Shown: piece by piece, positions 41,581 to 53,920 of the stretch
Numbering within the stretch: position 1 is the stretch's first letter
Layout: every line of letters starts with the position of its first letter
Assembly: GCF_009914755.1 (NCBI RefSeq)
Contig: NC_060926.1
DNA: 64,000 nt
Source of the DNA: the human T2T-CHM13v2.0 reference genome, Homo sapiens
Strand: one strand, 5' to 3'
Position numbers and translations under genes: made by a program
The notes under the pieces: generated by a model
Seen by the model: the letters and a program-made list of their open reading frames with translations, nothing else
The model's database searches: none
What the model was told of the DNA's origin: nothing

Positions 41581-42389
41581 GTGAGCTTTAACATGAGAAA
41601 GAAAAGGGGATGCTAGAAATGATGGGTAGCTTAATCTGGGGTGGTTGGAATTTCACTTTTATTTTGGAAACTACAGAGTTAATTCCACTGTGCTCTTTTG
41701 AAGTTCATGAGCATACAGGCCAGGAGTTTCTGATCTCTCTCTTGCACCTTGCACGTGGTTGCCCCTCTTCCTTATCAAGGCAAAACCTCCCAATCATGGT
41801 CGAGCGGACCGAAGATTCCTTTCTCAATATCTGCCATGCAAGGGGTACAGGTGGAGGCTGAGCAGACAGGTGCCAGGACCTCAGAGCCCAGTGAGGACAA
41901 AGGGAGATGATTGTCACCCTGGAAAGGTGGAGCAGGCATCAGGGTCAGGTGCAGGTGCCCTGTGTCAAGTGTCAAGTGTCAGTGTCAAGTGCTGCTCAGC
42001 CAGGAAGCCAGCCCCATGCCTGAGTCTCTGAGGCCAGAGCCAGTACAGGGCCTGGACAGCTCCCAGTCTGCAGGGGAGAGTAGGTAAGTGGCCGTAGGGA
42101 GGAGTTAGGAGGGCAGCCACGCCACCTGCCAGTCTGCAGTGTTCTCATCCTACCCCAAACAATTCACTAGACAGTCAGCCTGGAGTTGTTAATTTTTTCA
42201 ATGATAGATCTTCCTGCTAGATTATACGTTCTTTGCTGCAGAGACTGCCTTAGGCTTGTTTGTATCCTTTGTGCGCTTAGCAAGCTTTTGTATGGCTTAG
42301 GATGTTGCCGTCGGTCAGCCAGTTCTAACACTTGAGATTCTTGAAGGTCTAATTGGACTTTGTTGAGTCTAGGCTTGCTGCTTCCTGGG

Positions 42390-42725
42390 TTTGTGTATGT
42401 GTGTGTGTGTGCCTGTGCCTGTGTGTCAGTGTGTGCTCATGTGCATGTGTGCATACGTGCATGTGTATGCATTTGCATGCGTGTGTGTGCGCATGTATGT
42501 GTGTGCATGCGGGTATGTGTGCATGCTTGTGCAGGTGTGTGCCTTATGTGTGTGCGTGTGTGTATGTGCATGTGTATATGTGTGGATGTGCACGTGTGTG
42601 CATGTGTGGATGTGCACGTGTGTGCGCGTGTGCATGTATGTGTGGATGTGCACATGTGTGCGTGCATGTGTGGATGTGGATGTGCACGTGTGTGTGTGCG
42701 TGTGTGTGTGTGCATGTGTTGTGTT
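42390..42725. repeat. Degenerate (TG/CATG)n purine-pyrimidine repeat
   Basis: Directly visible; source of the Cys/Val-rich and His/Thr-rich pseudo-ORFs. Confidence 0.95.
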
Positions 42726-44831
42726 TTGAGGACCGCAATCTCATCCTGGGTGGTGCTTTATCTGATTATCTTTGTGGACTGGGCTGAGGGCATGTTCTCC
42801 AGAGTGGTTTTTATTTTGTCCCTGCCATGGTATCCATGGCCTGGGACACATTTTTATGTCACCGTTCTCAACACTTACAAATCCGTAAGAAAAAAGGCCA
42901 TTGCAATAGCAATATAGCTAAAGGATTTATTTATTCACTGAAGAAGAAATCCACATGGGCTCTGAAACTTAAAAGACATTAGTCCTTGTGATATGCATGC
43001 TAAATCTTTCTACAAGTCAGTAACTTTTGACTATATATGGCATTTCTCTAATATAGAAATTATTTTTAAATGTAGAATTTGCCCATCTTATCTTTTATGG
43101 CTGTTGGGTTTTGTATCACACATAAAATGGCCCTGCTTCCCCATTTCCAAAACTTGTGAAGATAGGCCCTATATTTTCTTTTTGTGCTTTCTTGTATATG
43201 GGGCATATTTTTACAAGTTTTGGAAATTTCGAAAGATCTTAAAATCTTTCATCCATCTAGATTTTGTTTCAAGTGTGATGAGAGGTATTAGGAAGCAAAC
43301 CAGTTTTTTTCTCAGGAAGTTATTGAATTGGTGAAGATGATTTTTGTTTTAGGAAACAGAATGACTAAAAGTGGCTTAAGTAATGATCTCATATGATGAG
43401 GATCTTAGAGGTTGGCAGTTTCAGGCTTGATGAATTTGGGTTAGCTTCTTTGTGATTTTCTCAGCTTTTCCTTGATGGTCACAAGGTGACTGCCGTACAC
43501 ATCGTCTGCTCAGACTGCCACATCTGAAACGGGAGGGTAGGGGCAGCTCTCTCATAGTTCAAGACTTGGTCACATGATCACCACTAAAGCACTTCTTGGC
43601 AAAGCAATGAAATGACTGTGAACGGCTTCGACCATTGAGGTGCATCCTCTGGAGTTGAGCCAGTCTTCTCCGCATGCATTGCAGCCTGATTCTTGAACAG
43701 AGTTTCAGATCTGTCAGCAAGAAAGGGGAGGCAGATGAGCTGCTCACAGGGTCTGACATGGCTACTGAATTATCCCAGGACCGTGTATTAACTAACCCTA
43801 TCCTCCACTCAGAGGCAGTTACAACTTCACCCTCTGTTACGTGTCTCTGTGAATTTAGATTTATTTCTGGACTTCGTTTTCTGTTCCTGTGATATGTGTC
43901 CTTGTATACCAACACTGCATTCTTTTAGTTACCATATATTTTGGTATATTTTAATACCCAGTAGTGCTTGTTCTACTTACTACTCTTCTGCCTGAGAATT
44001 TTCTGGGCTATTTTTGTTTGTTTTTCAAATGAACATTAGAATCAGTTTGTGAAGGACTGAAAATACTCCTGTTTGTTTTTTTCCTTTCTTTGGCCTGCTT
44101 TCTTTTTTTAAAAAAAATGTGGTTTTGTTACATTTATGAGTGGATTTAGGGGAAATAGGGTCATTCACAGCTTTGTCAATTGTCCTATTTATGAGCTGGA
44201 TGTGAGTGGTTTGCATTTTAGTGCAGTTGGGTTTTCTTTTGTGTCAGATAGGGATCTTTTAAGCTACATAGTAAATTACTTATCTGTCTGCTTCCCTTAG
44301 ACTGAATCTTTCAGCTTAAATCTTTCTTTTGTTACTAGCTGAGGTGTCAGCTTCTTGAAAGTTCTGTAAACTGAGGAAGGGACATTACCTAACTTTTACC
44401 TTGGTCCTGGAATTAACCTCAAGATAGATAGGTATTTTGTTCTTTGGAAAAACGTAGAAAATTATCAATTCATATTTAATCTCCCCATTAAACCCATTTA
44501 CCTAAAAGTATGAATTTTCTTTTTAATACTCGAGATTTTAAATCAAATGTACCTATTAATGCAAATGTTTAGAAATTTACCCTTAGTAAAAATCTTATGC
44601 ATTTTACCTTTTGTTGAAAACTGTTTTATCCTCTATCCCATATTAATCATTTCATATTTTATTTGATAATCATCATATTGAGAGTAATGATATCTTAACC
44701 AGTTAGCCACTTTAATTTGAAAACTTCCAGTCTTACTAATCACTAATGATTTCTAATGCTTTCTTTTTTTGTTGTTGTTGTTGTGTTGTATTTTATTTGT
44801 TGTTTGTTTATTCCTTTAACATCTTCTTAAG

Positions 44832-44909
44832 TCTTCATGCTTAAGTTACCTTCATGTAATTTTGGACGCCATTAGGTTTTGCTTCTCTAAAATTTTTAAC
44901 GCACAAATA
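44832..44909 (+). CDS. LPIN1: Cassette exon specific to lipin-1gamma (26 aa: SSCLSYLHVILDAIRFCFSKIFNAQI)
   Basis: 78 nt, phase 0/0, open frame, ttaag| acceptor and ATA|gtatgt donor. Length and position (after K535) match the recalled gamma insert. Confidence 0.85.
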
Positions 44910-45037
44910 GTATGTTGTGTTTTCTCTGATTTTTTTTTAAATCTTACTTTAATTTGCATGTATGTTTCTTTTGGTTTGAATGTGCTAAGTTGATCTTTTT
45001 TTGTTCCATTATTTATGTTACCATCCATTTAAAACAG

Positions 45038-45130
45038 GCCACTGTGGAATCTATCATGAGGGATAAAATGCCCAAAAAGGGAGGAAGATGGTGGTTTTCA
45101 TGGAGGGGAAGAAACACCACAATCAAGGAG
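45038..45130 (+). CDS. LPIN1: Lipin-1 CE11 ([31 protein letters not shown]; WWF motif)
   Basis: Conserved GRWWFSW; 93 nt; GAG|gtaagc donor. Confidence 0.97.
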
Positions 45131-45444
45131 GTAAGCCCAGAAGACAAAGCAGTGCTCACACTTAGCAAGTTTTGGTTTTGTGTAGTGAGATTGGTTTTCA
45201 TGTACTTACATCAGAGAAATGAAGATAGGCCCTAGTGCTGAGTTTCCATGAGCCAGCTCTGCCATGAAGTAGGGCGAGTGCTCGTGGAACGTGGGGAAGG
45301 TGGGGAGGAAGGTCAGGAGCCAGCAGCATAGGCGTCACCTCCTGGCTCTGTAACTGTTGGGAGACTGTGGTCCAGTCACTCCCTCATGGTAAGATTTCGT
45401 CATCTATAAAAGAAGGGATTCAGCCTGGGAATTCAGTTTCTTAA

Positions 45445-45807
<363 letters not shown>

Positions 45808-45819
45808 GTGAGGACAATT

Positions 45820-47060
45820 TTAATGAGGCATACTCACAGCAGTTGACTAATTCTCTGAGTCCTTTCACTGAAATGGCATGTCTAAAGGTCCATGGCTTTG
45901 GCGTTCATGTCTATGAGTGCCTGTGATTTCTTTCAGATCTTCGTTGCCCTCTCCTCTATTTCTTGAAGCGCTTGCTTTGCTTGGCTCCCAGGCCCCTGTG
46001 TCCACCTGGGTCTCCTCCTCCCAGCAGGCTGCTCCTGCTCTGGCTTAGTCACCTCTAGGAGGGTCCTCAAAGCTCATGTTAGGCCACCTTTTCTCCTTTT
46101 ACTTCTTACTTTTCCCTTCTGCCCATGCGATGACTCCATTTTTGTCTCCAAACCAGACATTCTTTTCTACTCCACATCCACTTATCAAGTAGTCGACTAA
46201 GCAGACATCGTCCTGTGGATGCCTCAACGTATTTCAAACTTAACGCTTCCAGAATTGAACTCATGGGATTCTTGTGAGTTCTTCCATCATTGGGGCCATA
46301 GTCAGAAAATGGCACCACTGTCCATCTGTGGGTGAGATTCATGCTTTTAGCCTCACTCCCACACCAGGTCCTATCAGTTTTCCATCTGAAATACTTCTCT
46401 GACGTGTCCATGTCTCTCCAGCTCTGCTCCCACAAATCTGCATTACCATCATCTCTCCCAGAGGTGCTTCCAGATGGTCTCTTTGCACCCATCCTCACCC
46501 TTGCTTCTTCATTCTCTGTACTGCAGATGCATTGGTCTCTTCAGGGGACTGCTCCTATTTTTGTTGCTCCTTAAAGCCTTACTGTGGTTCCCCAGGGCTC
46601 TTATAATGAAGGCTTGTGTCCTTACCACGGCCTACAGTGCTTGTGTGTTCTAGCTCCTGCCTGCCTCTTTAATCTCATCTTTGCTGTTCTCTGCTCTTTG
46701 TGCATTAGCTTCAATGGCTGAAGGTACCTTCTACCCTGGGGGCTTTGCACATGCTATTTTCATTACTTAGTATTCTGTGGACCCCTCTCCCCTGCTTCGC
46801 TTAGCTAACTAGCAGATCCAGTAGCCCTTTCCCTGCAGATGAGTCTGGTCTGCTGTCCTCTGCCTGTGAACTTTTCCTTCATAAATTTTGTCATAGTTGA
46901 TAATTATGTAATTACTAGCGTGACTATTTGATGAACCTCTCCTTTCTGTCTAGACCCGAAACTTCATGAGGCAGAGACCATATATGGCTTTGATTGCTTT
47001 GGTGTTCTTGGTCTCCATATTGGACCCAGAGTAGGGGTTCAGCAAATATTTGTTGAGGGC
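45820..47060 (+). mobile_element. L2 fragments (3' end)
   Basis: ttcaaacttaacgcttccagaattgaactc, ggctttgcacatgct, terminal ttcagcaaatatttgttga. Confidence 0.6.
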
Positions 47061-47879
47061 ACGCTGATTACTCTGGGAAAGTAGTATGAAGAAGCCACAG
47101 GGACAACAGTCAAGTTGGTTATTTTAATCATAAACTGCCATGAACTCTATTTATGCCATTAGTTGAAAGGGAAAATGTTTGCTGGAAGAGTTTTATCAAG
47201 ATATAATTGTTCTTTGACATTTTCTGTTAGCATATCTGAGGTCTACTCATCAGTTTTACTAATCTCCAAAGGTTACCGATAAATGAGTTCAAATATATAT
47301 GCTTTACACTAGAGGCCTTAAAGCATGAAGGGCCTCTCTGGTTTTCTTACTAGAGAGCAGAATGTTCTAGAATTTAAGATGGAAGTATATTTCAGTGACT
47401 TCTTTGTAGAATATCCAAATTCTCACCAGTTTGCATTAAGTGGAGTGCCGCTATAAAGTAAGGAACAGTTATGAAATTAAATGTTTCTTTAAAAATCTGA
47501 AATATACTTATTTCAGTTAGATACATATTTGGGAAATAGTCTAAGAAGAAATTGCTAATAGTGATGGCTAAGTTACATGATAAATAGATAAAACATAACT
47601 GGACATATTATATCAATTATTTGTGTGGTAATAAAAAAACCTAAAGGATATTTGAACTTAGTTCATGCTAGTCATATGTTAAGACAGTCAGCCTATTATA
47701 TAGTTTGTATTGTTCATTTTCTTTATTAAAGGACCGTAGATTTCCTCTCCTGACGAAACGAGCACAAAGAGATTTAGTCGTTCACCCTCGGTCCCTTGGC
47801 ATTTCTCTCTGGTCTCTTCTGTCCTTGGGGCCAGTGCCCATCTCCGTCCTCCTTTGCCTGCTATGTGCCTGGCTTTGTG

Positions 47880-48030
47880 GTTCAGACACAGTCTCCTTTA
47901 ATCCCCATGGCAGCGTTAGGAGATGGAGAATTTCACCCGTTTCACAGATGAGGAAGCGAAGTTCTGAATAGTTAAATGACTTGCCCAAAGTTTGTAAGCA
48001 AGAGAAACAAGACTGGGCCCAGGCATTCTC
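47880..48030 (-). mobile_element. MIR fragment
   Basis: ttcacagatgaggaagcga...gttaaatgacttgcccaaag. Confidence 0.65.
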
Positions 48031-48527
48031 TTAGAAATCCAAGGTTCTTTCCAGTACACCAACAGAGGATTTTCTATTAAGAGTATGTCATCTTGGAAAA
48101 GAAGAAAATGCTTTCACATCTTCCCCAAGCAAAATATGGTACAAAAATATTTTCAAGCGTTTCTATCAGCAATTACAAGAAAATATTTTGAAAGGCCCCC
48201 AGAATCCAAGCAGCCCTTGATCAAGCATTTGCATAAGCTACAGTGATGATGGAGTTTGGTTTGGTGCCACAAACACTTATGGATAACAGATTCGTTTCTG
48301 TCAAAAATATTTCTTGGTTTAATCGTACACTTCTTAGCAAAGTTGAGATCAGGACCCACCGAAACAAACACAGCCAGAGCCTCCTGGGCGATCGCTAGGG
48401 TGGGCGTCATTGGGGAATGGTCTATCTTTAGGGGTCCTGCCTTAAGGAAGCCCATGGGAAAACACCGGCTGTCTGCAAGCCCCTTCTCTGTGGTACTTCT
48501 GTGACTCTTTCTTTTCTTCTTTTCTAG

Positions 48528-48607
48528 GAAAGTAAGCCAGAGCAGTGCTTGGCTGGCAAGGCCCATAGCACCGGAGAGCAACCGCCGCAGCTCAGCTTGG
48601 CCACCAG
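48528..48607 (+). CDS. LPIN1: Lipin-1 CE12 (ESKPEQCLAGKAHSTGEQPPQLSLATR)
   Basis: Pyrimidine tract plus tag|, AG|gtgcgg donor, 80 nt, phases fit neighbouring exons. Confidence 0.92.
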
Positions 48608-50609
48608 GTGCGGTAGGAGGCTTCTTGGGATGTTTGCAGCCCCTTTCCGCATCCAAGTTCATGGCGTGTGCTGCCTGGATGCAGATAGGGTTCACCACAC
48701 AGTTCCAACTCTGGCTCTGTGATTCACTTGGTGACCTGGAGCAATTTATTTAACTTGGTTCTCCCATGAGCAAAATGCATGCAGTTGCTCCCTTAGATAG
48801 CTAATTTGCAAAATAAATGTGAGCCTTTAGTGAGATAATATAACTAGAGCATTTCTCATGGTCCTGGCATGCAATAGTCCTTTATACACAGATGATGATG
48901 ATGACAATAATAACAGTGAGAATAATGACAGTGATGACAGGAATAAATAGTAGCCCTAACAATAACATGGAAATAAGTTTCACTTCTGAAGGAACTTGCC
49001 TTTCTCTGTAATTTAAATACTGACCAGGACTTACGTTGATACTTTTAACATGGATTCATATTCACTTGGCATAGGAGAGGTTAGATTTTGATGATACTGA
49101 TCCGTATTTGTGGTGTTTTGTCTTCAGGTTAATCACTTTGTATGGGATTGGAGGTGACTCTGAGGACAGTCCCGTTATACACTAATTATGATGGTGGTAT
49201 CATATACTGACACTGAATGATTTGCGCTGTACCATCTTTTACTTCTTACTTCATGTTTACAGTATTCCTGTGCTTAAGAAATCCAGGATTCCATTTCTTA
49301 TTTAGCAGACAGAAAGTGCTAACAGATTAATTGGGGCCAGATCCACATCTTACTCATTTTTGTATCTTGGAGGCCACTGCCCCACAGAGTAGTCGTTTCC
49401 AAAGTGTTGCTCAACCGTCACTGAACCACTGAGGTTTTCTCCATGTGTTGTTGATTTATGGGAGAGGCAGGCGTGGATTTCCATTCCTCTGAATCCCGGC
49501 CATGGCTCTGTGTCTTAAACAATTTTACATCTAGGATTCTTTGCTACAAACAGAAACCCACGTGGGAGGCAGGTGGGAAATGACCTGATTTCTTTATTGT
49601 TCTCTGTGGAGAAGAACAGGGTGGAGACGAGTGTGCGGGACCTGGTAGGGGTGAGTTTGAATGTGACTGTGAATGGCCTGGCTCGCTCTCGCCTGGGATG
49701 CTCTTGAAACCTTTCTGTTTCCCCTGGTGGTGTCCCAGGTGCCTCCCCCTGACCCACCGCTGGTCTGTGCTTCACAGGCACAAGAAAGAATGGGAAGGCA
49801 CCAGGGTATCGATATTTCCCAGCTGGGAATTCTGAGTTTGGCTGTGAGTGTGCTTGGAAGGGAGAAGGCAGGTGTGTTGAGGATGGAGCCCAGGCCAAGG
49901 ACATGCCACCCTCTGAGCAGCCAGCATGGAAAGCAGACATTTCAAAATAAGTGGTTGTTTACTGCACAAGCTGTAGCGGAAGCAGTCGACATTGGAGTCA
50001 GGCAAGTGTGGTTTGGAATCCCAGCTTTGCTCCTCGGTAACCATTGGACCTTGGGGAAGCTCCCTGACACATCTGAGCAAAGGTGCCAGTGCCACCGTCA
50101 GTGCCCAGACAGGCTGGGATGGAGCTGGCCTGGAGGCTGCATGGGAGGCATCCTACCCCAAAAGAGGCACACACAACAAAGATGCGAAACTGCGTGCTCT
50201 CAGCAACTTAAACCAACTTAAATAGCTACACTAGAAATGCCCCGCTTTCCTGGAATTCATTTTAACAACCTTCTCTGTCTTGGCAATAATTTCTAAACAC
50301 AAGAGGTAGCACAGAGCAGGATGTACAGCAGGGACCTTGTCCAACAGCCTTCAGTGTGATCTTTGGCAAATTAATCCACCTCTCAGCGTCTCCATCTGTG
50401 AAATGGGGTTAAGAATAACACCGATGCGGTAGACCCCGTCTCACTGGGTCTTCGAGGCAACTTCATGAGAAAATGATCCAGAGTGCAGAAACCAATTGGG
50501 GAGGATGGCTCTGTGGTCACCTGGAGGACATGCGTTCAATCCCAAACCATACAGTTTCTGTTGGCTGAATGCAGGATGTCTGCCAAATCCATCCTGCCCT
50601 CTGGCAGTG

Positions 50610-51003
50610 CCCAAGGCTGTGGGAGCCCACCTCTTACATTAGTGTGACCTGGATGTGAGACATGGAGTCAAAGGAGATCATTTTGGAACTTTTAAATTTA
50701 ATGACTGCCCTATTGGATTTCACACTTGCATGGGGCTTGTAGCCCCTTCGTTTTGGCCAATTTGTCCCAATGGAAACAGGTGTATTTACCCAATGCCTGT
50801 ACCCCAATTGTATCTAGGAAGCAACTCACTTGCTTTTGATTTTACTGGCTCATAGGCAGAGGGGACCTGTCTCAGATGAGACTTTGGACTGTGGATTTTG
50901 AGTTAATGCTGAAATGAGTTAAGACTTTGGGGGACTGTTGGGAAGGCATGTTTGATTTTGAAATGTGAAAAGACATGAGATTTGGGAGGGTCCAGGGGCA
51001 GAA
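50610..51003 (+). mobile_element. THE1 internal (MaLR) 3' fragment with polypurine tract
   Basis: gtgagacatggagtcaaaggagatcattttgga...gagatttgggagggtccaggggcagaa. Confidence 0.85.
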
Positions 51004-51381
51004 TGATATGCTTTGGCTCTGTGTCCCCATCCAAATGTCACTTTGAACTGTAATCCCCATAATCCCCAGGTGTCAAGGGTGGGACCAGTTGGAGGGAATT
51101 GCATCATGGGGCCGTTTCCCCCATGCCGCTGTTCTCGTGATAGGGAGTTCTCACGAGATCTGATGGTTTTACAAACATCTGGCATTTCTCCGGCTTGCAC
51201 TCACTCCGTCCTGCTGCCCTGTGAAGAAGGCACCTGCTTTTCCTTTGCCTTCAGCCATGATTGTAAGTTTCCTGAGGCCTCCCCAGCCATGTGGAACTGT
51301 GAGTCAATTAATACCTCTTTCCTTTATAAATTACCCAGTCTTGGGTATTTCTTCATAGCAGTGTGAGAACGGACTAATACA
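51004..51381 (+). mobile_element. THE1 (C/D-like) LTR
   Basis: Starts tgatatg(c)tttggctctgtgtcccc and ends ggactaataca. Confidence 0.88.
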
Positions 51382-53442
51382 GCCAGTCTTAGACCTAGGG
51401 GAAGATGGGCCTGAGGGTCAGAGAGTTAGGTTTACAAGGGAGGGAAGAGGACAGCAACTGGGAGGGGCCCGTACACAGTGGGCACAGTGGCATTGCTGGT
51501 GCCAGCACTGCTCTTACTCTTACTCCTTCTAGACATAGCAGGCAGGACCCCAGGAGAGTGTGGAGAGCAGCGAGATACTTCTGCAGCTCTTCCCACGTTG
51601 GAACCTCAGCTCTTGCAGTTTACTTGGGGTGTCACGGATTTTCTCACTGTCCGATACAATCATATTCAAATGGGGCAAAAAATGCTTTTTCCCATCAAAT
51701 AGAAACAGCTGGACCATTCGCCATTCTGAGTTAGTCACAGTATGGTTCCTTATCAAACCTGAAAAATTAAGAATTGACTCTTGTGAAAACTCAGATTTTG
51801 AAAAGAATATAAAGTTCTCTTGAAAAATGTAAACCTTTTAATTTATACTGGCATCTCAGACTTTGAGTCTCCTTATTAGAGTCATGCAGTTGACTAAAAA
51901 AAAAAAAAAGGTGTCAGAATGTTTTCCTAATTGACAGACATGATTGACAGAATAGTCCCCGAAGTCCCATAATTGAGCAAACAGCTTGTCACCATACAAA
52001 TAATTAAAATAGCGTTTGAAAAACGTACACTGACAAGTGCTAACTTAGATGTTGTTCACAGCTACTCTTCTGTGCACACATTTTCAAATGACATGAGCCC
52101 TTTTGTTTTGTTTTGTTGCTTCTTGCAGATACTGTAAAGCAAGCAACATTTAATGAGCCATTGTAAGGGGTGGGGTGGGGGCCTCCGAAAAGGAGGCATT
52201 TTATTCTGTGCAGGGTGGCGCAATCTGAGACGTGGCAGCCGCAAATGACCGTGTACTTGCCCTAAGCCGAAACCACCAACAGCCAACTGCGCATCTCGCA
52301 TTTTAGTCTTTGTATCTGTGTTTTCCTTTCTGTGTTCCTTCAAACATGGCATGCTGCACAAATTTAGTGGATTTTTTTTTTAAAGCAGCAGATGGAAATC
52401 ACAGCTATTCCGCCTTGCCTCCTCATCCCGCCGGCAGAGGTACACATCAATCTGTTGTCACCAAGAGCTTTGCTTCACATTTGGATCTCATTTCACTCCA
52501 AACTGTTTGGTTGGAACATAAACATTTTCCCATTCAATGAGGGGCCTGTAGCCGTTCTTCTTCTGCTTGACAAGGAAATCTGCACCACCCTCCCCTCCCC
52601 GTTCCCAGCAGCATTTGCCAGGCTGTACCAGCTCCAGGACCACATTTACCCCATCTGAAAACCTCCAGATTGTTGGTTCAGAGGAACCAGCATGGTTCAT
52701 AGGATCCGTAGGTGTTAGAACTGGAAGGGACTTTGGTTGGATCAGGTCATTTTACAGATGAGCCCACTGAGGCCCAGGGAGGAATTTCCTAGGATGAGGC
52801 CTTTGCTGGGGCTTATGTCTGGGTCTCCCAGTCCAGGTCTCTCTAGCCTGTTACCTGCCTCCATCCTGAAGTTTTGGGTGGATGTGATTCAGTTGTTCCT
52901 CTGCATTTTAAGATAAAGAAATCAAGGCTGAAAGATAAAGAAATGATTTCTCCAAGGTAATGTAGCCTGAAGTTACCATGGGCTGGAAACCTGTGTTTTT
53001 CAGAGTCTAACTGCTGTACCATCTCCACTCTACCTAGAATCAGGATCAGCCCCCAATGTCATGGCGTTGTTCCATCCACGTGTAGCTTAGCTCTGCCACA
53101 GACCAACCACAGTTCTAGCCGATGCTCTGTTTTCCTTCAACTCAGCCTCCTGTTCCCATGGCGTATTCCCCCAGGGCTCTGTCCCAGTGATCTCTAAATC
53201 TTTGTCTTCAGCCCAGGTCTCTGTGTTGTGATTTAGACACAAGCCCTGCGTGAGTGGGAATAGGTTGTTTGCTGTGCCATCGATGCCTGGCATGGTATGC
53301 TTGAGTGTCGGTTGAATGAACTCTGGGCCACCATCCCAAAGCCCACCGACCTCCCTTTCCTGGGGCCCAGGGAGCAGGTGCTTAGGGAGGGGCTGCTCAT
53401 TCTAGGACTGGAAGGAGCTGGGTCTCCACATAAGTGTGGTAG

Positions 53443-53740
<298 letters not shown>

Positions 53741-53920
53741 GATCACTTCTTAAATGAACACTTATGGGGTCAGAAAGCGGTAGGTTGCATAGGAGATCTT
53801 AAGGGAGGCAGGGGCGGGGGAAACAGGAGGCAGTAAGGCGAGAGGAAGTTAGCACTGAGAGGAGAGAGTTTATTGAGATAAAAAGATAAAGACAATCCTG
53901 GTACTTCTTCTCTTATGAAA

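Noticed and set aside
42353-42917. Cys/Val-rich ORFs resembling metallothionein or keratin-associated proteins
   Set aside because: Artefact of the TG-rich simple repeat.
43000-44250. Probable old L1M and MLT fragments
   Set aside because: Too diverged to assign family or boundaries by eye.
44954-45037. In-frame hydrophobic extension upstream of CE11 considered as the gamma insert
   Set aside because: No AG at the position needed for a 78-nt extension. The separate exon 44832-44909 fits exactly.
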